This document shows positions 55,325-64,000 of a stretch of 64,000 nucleotides of DNA, piece by piece. The notes below the pieces were generated by a model. The model did not search any database. It saw only the letters and a program-made list of their open reading frames with translations, and was not told where the DNA came from. The position numbers were made by a program, and so were the translations under genes. Source of the stretch: Balanoglossus misakiensis (lineage: Eukaryota > Animalia > Hemichordata); the NCBI GenBank assembly GCA_040954595.2, contig CM082581.2:11344286-11408285 (forward strand), read 5' to 3'. Every line of letters begins with the position of its first letter. The first letter of the stretch is position 1.

Positions 55325-55370
55325 AGACAACAGGCAGACAGAGAGACAGACAGGCAGGCAGACAGACAGA
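55325..55370. repeat. (GACA/GGCA)n microsatellite
   Basis: cagacagagagacagacaggcaggcagacagacaga. Confidence 0.85.
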
Positions 55371-57408
55371 TACGCACGCTGGGAGGTGAGAAGCTAGGAA
55401 GCTACGGTTCCTTCACAGAGTAACCAACACATCAACTTGCAGGGGATTTGAGCAAAATAATTGACCAACATGACCGGACGTTGTTCTGGTTATTCCATGA
55501 TGGGTTCGTCCAAAAGGCATTCTGAAGATTCTGAAGTGTCTCGAAGCTAATTGGAGTCGCTTACTTTCCTCTCAGGGTCAATCTTCCTCTTAATGAAAAT
55601 ACGCTCTACTCATGAACGATATCCACAGAAATCTTCAGAAAGTACATGGAAGATCCATGCATGCCTGGGGCATCGTTTTAAACTTAAAAGGAGCAGTAAA
55701 ATCCTATTTTGTTTACTCAACACAATTTCGTGCCTGGTGCTTAAATCGCATCATTCAGGCTGTCATGTAGGGAAACACGATCATATTGCTTGTTAAGATT
55801 CTACAGCTATTTTATGGGCCTATACAGTGATGCTAACAGAGCGATAATTTGATGGGTTGGAGCCTAACTCCTTAGATCCCGTGAAAATGGAACATGAGAA
55901 GATAACAGTTACAATCAGTTTACAGTGTCATAGTATTTTGTAGCAAACCTGAGCAGACTTTGAAACACTTATCAACCTATGGTACGGTCGAGATTCCTTG
56001 AAGCTCGATGATCGTGTGTCATGCTTGTGCCTTATTATCAAGATTCATATTGAAACCTGCCTCCAAACTCATGATTTCTAAATGATGGTTAATCCAGTGA
56101 AAACAGACCAAAGCCCTTTCAAAAGGGACCTTCCCTTTTCGTCTCATTCTCCTTCACATGAAAGTCTGAACAAGGCAATAATACCCTAAATGACAAGCCT
56201 ACCTAGATACTGGAAATTTGTGCCGTTGTTCATTCACATTTCAAAAAAGGAAAGTAAGTGCAAGGAGAAAACGACAGCTGAGATCCTTCAAAGTTTTGAC
56301 TCGTGAAATTATCAATTTCCTGTTAGCCGTGTGGGATCGTGTGTTCAATGTATTCCGTTTTGATCATGTCTGAATATCGATGAGAATATCGCCTTTTATA
56401 ATACTTTTTATCAAAAGGCAATGCATGAACAAAATAAAGTGCCGATGGCGCAGTTCCTTCGATGTCAGAATTCGGGGTCAAAAGAAACTTGACGTTCTTC
56501 AATTGACAGATTCAAAACCGGAGCATGATATCAGAGTATCGCTTTCTAAAGGAATGAAATTAAAGATGGCTCATGACAAACCTGATAATACATTTCCTTA
56601 TATTGCTCTTGTAATAGTTCCTCCACATTTTACATATCCTTCATAACTAAATCATCGGCCACATGCTTCTCTCCAATCAGAAAGCAGCTTCACCGATAAA
56701 CGTAATTAACCTAGCGTCCTCGACGAATAGCGACTGCCCTGCCACATCCGCTGAGAAATATCGAATACGGAGACATGCAAAAATTCTCCTCTACGCTACA
56801 AAGAGTTCAAAACTCAATAGCTGCTTCGTTATCTGCTTTAATTGGCAAACGGAAACTTTGGATTGAATACACTTGTGTCGAGTACCACTTTACTCCTGGC
56901 GATGAAGCGCGGGTAATCAACCTCGACCGAGCGAGCGAGCGCGTCGATTTTCACTGTCCGAGGCCTTTAAGACAGGCTAGGGAATACCAACAAATTACAT
57001 GTATCTGGCTTAATAATCATAAATGATGCATGAAACGTAAAGAAAGAAAACTGGATAATTCAAATGAGATTTAACTTTACCAGACGACTGATATTCCGAT
57101 CGGTTGAACGATATAATAGCGGTGTTCAAGGTTGACAGGGACGTTATGCCAATTCTCATTATGGATGGTTTTAAGTAATCATGAAAACTATCGAACCGAA
57201 TGCATGAAATTAATGTACTAGAGATGACATACAAAATGAAGTAGGATTTTTGTTTGTCACTGGAATCGTGACTAATCGGACATCTATTGTAAAATCTTCT
57301 CTGTCGTTACTCAGAGAGATTGATATGGTCGATTTTGACCTTTACGTTTAGTGATAACAATTTAAAACGTATGTATGTATCTGACGTTCTATGATTGTGA
57401 ATTAAAAT

Positions 57409-57422
57409 GGGGGGGGGGGGGG
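57409..57422. repeat. Poly-G homopolymer (14 nt)
   Basis: Direct reading; a second G14 lies at 58361-58374 inside the transposon. Confidence 0.95.
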
Positions 57423-57667
57423 TAGATCAATGTATTTTCTACCAATGATGATACCTCTTTTAAGAGGGGATTGTGCAGTTCCTTGTATAACAAGTGTTTC
57501 ATCTTGATTGGTGATATCCCCGGTTACATTATAAATTGCAATCGTACATCAAAGAGATCTCCAAGGATCCATTTAACGTCCTTCATCATTTTTAAATCTA
57601 GGTGTGAAGAAAAAAAGATAGTGATTGCGCACGAGTCATCTGGGATCACGTAAAGAACATGAGCATT

Positions 57668-57687
57668 AATAGCACAGTTCAGGGTTT
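57668..57687 (+). repeat. Left terminal inverted repeat plus target-site bases
   Basis: AATAGCACAGTTCAGGGTTT; matches the reverse complement of 58858-58877 at 19/20 positions. Confidence 0.9.
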
Positions 57688-57813
57688 ACGTCATCAAAAT
57701 CTAATGAATATTCATGAGTTCGAAAATGCGGACAAAGTCGCGGGTACGCGTCGATTGCCCCCAGGACCGCCCCATCAGCTGGCTGCGCTGAGCGAGCTTT
57801 GTTTGTTTACATT

Positions 57814-58038
57814 ATGATGCCGGCGTCGACCGAACCAATTTCACTGAATGTTCCTGGTGCAAAGCTTGCATATGCATCTGTTGAGAAGCACTCTGTTGAG
57901 CAAATTAAAAGGTGGCTGAAATGTAGAGGTATAAAAACAAGTGGGAAAAAAGTGGAGCTGATGAGTTCATTCAAGTTCATCATCGTAATTATTGTTTACT
58001 TCCGCATTGACCGGCTTCTTCGGAAGCAGGCATACTAA
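57814..58038 (+). pseudogene. SAP-like domain; 5' fragment of the element's second gene (YqaJ-type exonuclease gene in complete ISL2EU elements, by inference)
   Basis: VPGAKL...VEKHSVEQIKRWLKCRGIKTSGKKVELM fits the SAP consensus (xVxELKxxLKxRGLxTSGxKxEL). ATG about 140 bp inside the left TIR. Similarity stops at about 57963 and the rest reads like intron or non-coding sequence. Confidence 0.7.
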
Positions 58039-58417
58039 ATATTGATGTGAAATGAATTTAAGGCAATAGAATTTCAAGAAAAAAATCCTTAAACTTATTA
58101 TTTCTTGTGAGATTATTTCCCTGTTCAATATTTCCCCACTTGTGTTTGTGTAGTCTGCACGTATGTATGCGCGCCAACGATGTTGTGCACCGCGACCCCG
58201 GTTTATAGGTCCACTCTCGTCGTTCTTCGAAACGTTGTTGTTATGCTCTGGTGTGTTTTTTATTTATGTTCTCAGATCAAGTGTCGAATAGGCGATAAAA
58301 ATATAGACCAACGCAATATACTGCGCGGAAATAAACTACGGGCTAGGCTGTGTGGGCGATGGGGGGGGGGGGGGCTGCCACAGGTCCTTACTGATAAAAG
58401 TAGTGTTGTTGACATGA

Positions 58418-58696
58418 CTATACGAGAGATATTTGCAATATTGATATGAGGTCGGGATGGTCGCTTGTTGGTCCCTTCCTGCCTACGAAGTGGAGGCTAC
58501 AAATATAGGTGTCCTTTTTGACATTGTCGACGCCGAAACCCTGTTTCCCGCAAGCATAAATCCATTTTTGACATTTCAAAATATTTCGATGTGGCTTCGG
58601 AAATCGGATGAAGAAAACATCTTTCATTTCAACAAGATCGGTGTACCTCGAGTCACTCGTGCAATGTCCGTAACAGCAATGTTTAGTAGCGCCCAT
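58418..58696 (-). pseudogene. THAP zinc-finger domain; 5' fragment of the element's transposase gene (catalytic DDE part absent)
   Basis: MGATKHCCYGHC...FFIRFPK...KW...TYICSLHF..GP..HPD: C2CH THAP pattern with the conserved FP, W and CSxHF. ATG at 58696, about 180 bp inside the right TIR. The ORF ends right after the domain. Confidence 0.85.
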
Positions 58697-58857
58697 CGCG
58701 GAAGTAAACCAAAACAAAGATTTTAAAAGTAAAAAGCGCAACGCTATCGCTACGTGCTTCGCTCAGTCGATGCTACGTCAATGTCCGCTTTTGTCCGCAT
58801 TTCACTGTTGCCGGACGCATGCGCACTCGCGCAAATCTATTTTTAGCGACATTGATA

Positions 58858-58877
58858 AAACCCTGGACTGTGCTATT
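58858..58877 (-). repeat. Right terminal inverted repeat plus target-site bases
   Basis: AAACCCTGGACTGTGCTATT; reverse complement is AATAGCACAGTCCAGGGTTT. Confidence 0.9.
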
Positions 58878-61800
58878 GGCTGGCCTGAATATTTGTAAAT
58901 AATTATTGTTTGTTTAAAATAGACTGGGCTTCAATATCAACAAGATGTTTGAACCATATTTGTGACAAGTTCAAGAAAAAAAGATGACGTGAATGATGCA
59001 CACCATTCTGCCGAGTAACGTAATATAACAAGTAAGGAATAAAATATACATTGCAAAAGGTTGGCGGTATATGTGTCAAATATTCTTTGAGTTATTGTTT
59101 TAGCAAACACATCGACAAATCCCACGATTATATGGGATAAGGCCTACTACCTTGAACGAATTAACTGGTGGGAAATGAAGGATTCCATGTCCAAAGCATG
59201 TTTGTGCAAAATTCCAGGAATGCTGTCCGACAGTTAAAGATCAATTTATTCCGTATGGTGGTACTAATTTTCTTTGCGTTTCGTCGTTATCTCCATTGCG
59301 TGTTATTTGTAGGCAATATCTCCAAGAACGCATGTGGAATTATAAGCAGGTCTAAATGTAATCACGTCGTCACTATTTGAAACAGTTTCCGCATAATAAG
59401 CTGTCTTTAAACACCTTATGGTGTTTCTGGATATAGCGGCCTTTAAATGAAGCTATTCTGTGGTCAACATAACTATCAAAACATTACATCGAATAAGTAT
59501 ACCTTTATTTTTTTAACATGAAGGTAAACTTTTTGTCTAGTAATGGACATGAAAACAAATTCACCATATTGCTACATTCCTGGCATTAATCTTATGCAAG
59601 AATCATACGCTATTGACTATGTCTTGCGTTGTGTTTGTAGTAGGCAAAATGCAATGTAGACACTAATGAAAGATAAGCTAATAATCCCTTGATAGCATTT
59701 CTACGACACGATTTCCTAATAGGTATTACACAATGATATAAATAATTCATATAATGAACTGACTGCCTATTTATACAAGAACGTGAGAACATCATAAACA
59801 GATCTTAATTTGGTACTGGAACATATAGCATGTGAGTGATGTTTAAGGATGTAGTTATTTAAAGACAAGAGTTTCGCTGATTTAAATATTTCCTATCGCA
59901 TTATAAAACAAAAGCCAGGCGACCAGAAGAATACGTGTCAGTTATTTTGTTCAACTCAGCATGTAGTGATGATGACTTCATATCAATTCATCCATATTCA
60001 ACAACGAAAGTGTAATGCCCGGATTTCTATCCCCCGAACGTGACTAGAATATTACCATGTACCTTGATAGGCTGATGCCAGTTTTTCCGACGTTTGGTTG
60101 AACCCTGGCAATGCCGATCATGCGCGAGGCGGTTCCTTCCGGTTTTATCTCTGATAATGCAATCAAAAGTCAGGGTCTGATTTTTACTCACAATATTTGG
60201 AAGCGAGAGAGAGAGTGACAATCACGGCTGCTGTGTATCTCCATCAGAATATATCCGGATTTCAATCTAAAATTGATCGGAATTATTGTCGTCATTCCGC
60301 CCAGACCTGCCCTCTAACTATGCTATAATAATACTATGGAAACCTTTATTGTTCTGTTTGTTTTGAATGCACAGAAAAGTACGCACATATTTTCTGATTA
60401 AGCATACATGGCGAGATATCACGTGTGCAGGATAATGCTACCCTAGATCATAAGAACATGATGTCAAGTTTGTTATTTCATGTCAAAAATGTAAAGATTG
60501 TTGTCACTGTTTTTTTCTGCTGTATAGATTTTGAAATCAAGCATGCGTTTGAATATCGCGTGCGTAATTCATGAAACCCCTTTCTAAGTTGATATCTACT
60601 TGTATATATCTACTGGTCCGCTTTTCTATTTAGACCCCATAAACGTCAAATGCAAGGATTTGAATTGTCTCGTAACTCTAAACTGCCTCCTTTTGGTTTC
60701 CGTAGATGCCCCATTGATGTCAATATGCTTTCATGAAATTACAACGGCTCAGAAAATGATTGATGACTGCTATATCTTTAGCTTGTAATAGATACCAACG
60801 TATATTATCCATAAAAAGTTTATTGGCGATGGAAACATTAAGGTTTATTGAATGTTTGACGCAGAGATAGAAAACTTCAAATTTAACTACTTTAACACGT
60901 GCCAGTGAAATTGAGCTTGTGTAGCATTTAAACGTTTTACGTTTGTGAAATATTAGGAATTCGTGCGGGTTTCAGTTTTCTGATATTAGAATCAACTCGC
61001 CCTAATTTTTGCATTTCTCAGGCTGTCACTTTCTGTTTGTGTATAAATCTGTCCATGCAACATGTTTTGGAATGGATACGTACTTCTGTTTATAGCATAC
61101 ACTACATATAGCATATGAATGCAAGTGACCTTCAATACACAAACAAATGCTTTTGTTTCACCCAACTAACACCAACTGTTGGTCAGTTGACATTTATCAT
61201 CAAACAATGGAAAACTCAAAAATATATTCTCTTTCTTTTTTTAAATAACCACACTGTATATAAAGCAAGCAGTACATTTTAAAAATAGCGGCGACAAATA
61301 GGGGCGCAACTTTTTCACACAAAGTACAATTTCAGTCATGTCGAATGCAGGTTTATCGAAATACACATTGTTGGATGACCTCAACGTGCTTCAGACTCAT
61401 TCTGAACTCTATTCAGTTTATTATTGAACATGACCCTCAGATGACCTTAGTACATAGGTAAACACAGACGGCTGTCAATATCATAACAATACGCCGGATA
61501 TTTAATGTCACCTTAGCAACCATAAATATAATTCACGCTACGTTATCAAAAGATGAGTGTAAACAACTTATTGTAATCTTTTCATGAAGCGAGATAAACA
61601 GCTTTCCATAATTTCCGACATACGGCTTTTCATTGTTATCACATTCTGTAAACATATTGAACAAAATATGGTCAGATAATAAAACAGGAACGTTTAGTTA
61701 ACAAATACTGTACAGGTGTTAAGGTACAGTGTTGTGGATTCTGCATTTGTAAAACAGGTTTTACAATGTATTGTTTTATGTGAAAAGTATAAACGACCCT

Positions 61801-62283
61801 GAATAAAAATGTTGACGGTGCCTAAAATCATACATACTCTGGGATAGCTTCAATGATCAGCACATGGAAACAACACGACGCGATAAGCTTGTACTTTTCA
61901 AACGTGTCATATTGTTATACATTTGTTGAATAAATCATGAAGTGTCCATTACGCAACAGTATTCTCCCTCAGGCAGTTATTCTTCTAACAAAACCCAAGC
62001 TGAAAGTCTAAGTGAATTTCAAAATTGATTGCGATGGATTTATCACATTGTAATTGTATGTATACAGACGAGCAGATTTTTGGAAGATATGAAATATCAT
62101 ATGAGCATGATTTATGACACAATAAATACAGGATAGAATTGATGAGAAAGAAAACTTCGGATTCTTTCATTTTGTTAAGTTTTGTTCTTTTATTCCATAT
62201 TACGGCCACGTGTCATATATCATCATGATTTATCAATGACCAAGGAACAAACTCAGTCCGGCAATCAGTTTATCAGCGAAGTG

Positions 62284-62329
62284 TGATGGTGGTGATGATG
62301 ATGATGATTATGATGACGATGATGATGAC
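62284..62329. repeat. (GAT)n microsatellite
   Basis: tgatggtggtgatgatgatgatgattatgatgacgatgatgatgac; shorter GAT runs near 5067, 27679 and 35711. Confidence 0.9.
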
Positions 62330-64000
62330 TGGTACATCAAAATCAAACAAGAACCGCAGAATTGACGACGTAAACAGAAAAGCAATTAACGTGCAAGTGG
62401 GCACGTAACTCCTCTTCACCAATGTATATGTCATGTACGGTGACCCCACACATTCTGTATTTGTTTCAAAATGGAACGTCGAAAGAAAATGACAGCTGCT
62501 TTATGTGATGATAATGAAACTGTTTGTCCTCGAGTGAAAATGTTGTCACTTTTTAATCTTTAGACATCCTATGGCAGTTTTTTGGCAATCGCCTGAAGAA
62601 GACAGGAAGATGAGGATGAAGAACGCGACAGGATGTTGCTTTCATGTCAAGCATTGACCTTGCAAAGACCTACGTGTGAAGGCGAAGGAAACGGCCGGAT
62701 AAAATCAGACCTTGTGACGTCATTCAACTGTGCAGGTGTCTTAGTGAAAGTAGACATATCTCCCAGGAAAATCTGTCAGTGTCGCTTCAGCCTGAAACAC
62801 GATATCATCAAAATCCAATATAGATTCTACAATTTCACTTGACGAAACGCCTATGCGATATGAAATTTCACAACTGATAACACTGTTCAGGAGATAGACG
62901 GCATTTTTGACCTCAGCAAAGATAAGGGAGGAAACCAGAGAAGTAAAGGGCAGCGGGGGTAATTTGTGTGCATCTCCAGATTAATGTCATGTCCAAATAA
63001 ACTTTGATCGTATATATACAAAAAGAGAATTCAACTTTAATGCGTTAAAATAATCAGACAGGAACATTTCGTCTTGAAGTTAGTGGCGATATGTATCTTC
63101 TGCTTTGTAGAGAAAGGTTAATTATATTCAAATTTAGCTTGCATTTGAACTGTAAAGCATGTAAGTTGATAATATTATTTTGTTCCAAGTTTTATAAAAT
63201 TTCAGTGAACGCATCGTAACATCTAAAACAGGAAGCATGGTTTTTTAAAAGTATTTATATGTATTGTTCATGAAGCTTGGGTAGAAGCCTTAGTTTTCTT
63301 AAATTCGGGTTAGGTTAGCCAAGGTCACAGGTTTGTTAGAAATATCACCATACAAATGCACTCCAAGATAGCAATTACCGAGACACACAAGCACTTTTAC
63401 AAATATATTTGCTCTTTACTATTTCTGCAATCAGACCTTGGAAGATCCTTGCTTCCATTCTGGGGACTAGACAATCATATTCATTACTTTGCAGACAGAG
63501 TTTGCCCTGAGCGATTGCATTGGGGCCTGGTCTAACTATCTTTAGATAACCCCACAGATCTATCCAGTCTCTGTACCTACCGTCATTTCCCACAACATGC
63601 TGCAGGCAATATCGTCAACAAGCATTTAAATGAAAGTTCATTTTCCTATTCCACATTGTTGACATGTACAAACCGTTACATGTTAAAATACCTGCAGCAG
63701 CCATTGTTTCGTCCGCAAACCTTTGGCAAAAAAATCACTCTAGCAATTATATGGGCACAGACGTATACAGGCCGCTCTGGTTGAACTGTGACTAAGAATA
63801 CAATGCTTTGATGAAGTCTGCATTAGCAAAAACAATGTGCTTTCAAGTGCCTCACCAAGGACAAATACACAGTTTGAATTATCCATCAACTCTCTCAGGC
63901 CAAGGACAGGAAATTCTACTCTTCTCTAATTTACAAGGCAAAGACACCGAAATGGGGAATTCAGCAGACAAATCTCTGAAAAGAGGGTCAAGGGAAAACT

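Larger units (their letters stand above)
57671..58873. mobile_element. Non-autonomous, internally deleted ISL2EU-like (PIF/Harbinger superfamily-related) DNA transposon, 1203 bp
   Basis: Left end AGCACAGTTCAGGGTTT (57671-57687) and right end AAACCCTGGACTGTGCT (58858-58873 region) are inverted repeats with one mismatch; 19/20 identity when the flanking AAT/ATT is included. AT flanks both sides (57669-57670, 58874-58875). Subterminal inverted 13-mer AAATGCGGACAAA (57724-57736 / 58790-58802). Contains convergent SAP-like and THAP gene starts. Confidence 0.85.

Noticed and set aside
58180-58726. Plus-strand ORFs inside the transposon (58180-58449, 58457-58726)
   Set aside because: One is antisense to THAP and the other runs through poly-G; no domain pattern
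3322-59446. Isolated TTAA-AGG / CCT-TTAA Kolobok/piggyBac-like termini (e.g. near 3322, 17054, 36750, 42403, 59440)
   Set aside because: No matching partner end found, so no element can be delimited without a repeat library
1-64000. CRISPR array, operons, prokaryotic defence systems, rRNA/tRNA
   Set aside because: No regularly spaced repeats, very low coding density, eukaryotic gene and transposon content; no cloverleaf or rRNA motifs noticed by eye

Overview
Eukaryotic, AT-rich (roughly 38-40% GC by eye), gene-poor DNA, most plausibly from a marine invertebrate such as a non-vertebrate deuterostome. That organism guess is inference from composition, the lack of obvious CpG depletion and the receptor sequence. 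Only one long intact ORF is present: an intronless class A GPCR on the minus strand (49750-51180) with the ligand-pocket signature of alpha-2 adrenergic / alpha2-like octopamine receptors. About 6.5 kb upstream lies a 1.2 kb internally deleted DNA transposon (57671-58873). It has near-perfect terminal inverted repeats, an AT target-site duplication and two inward-pointing truncated genes (SAP-like on +, THAP zinc finger on -), matching the ISL2EU (PIF/Harbinger-related) architecture. The rest is non-coding: microsatellites, a short tandem duplication, a possible terminal exon at the left edge and a few decayed coding-like remnants. I found no rRNA, tRNA, CRISPR or prokaryotic system, and no strong evidence of a wholly new system. 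The transposon relic and the receptor are the best leads.
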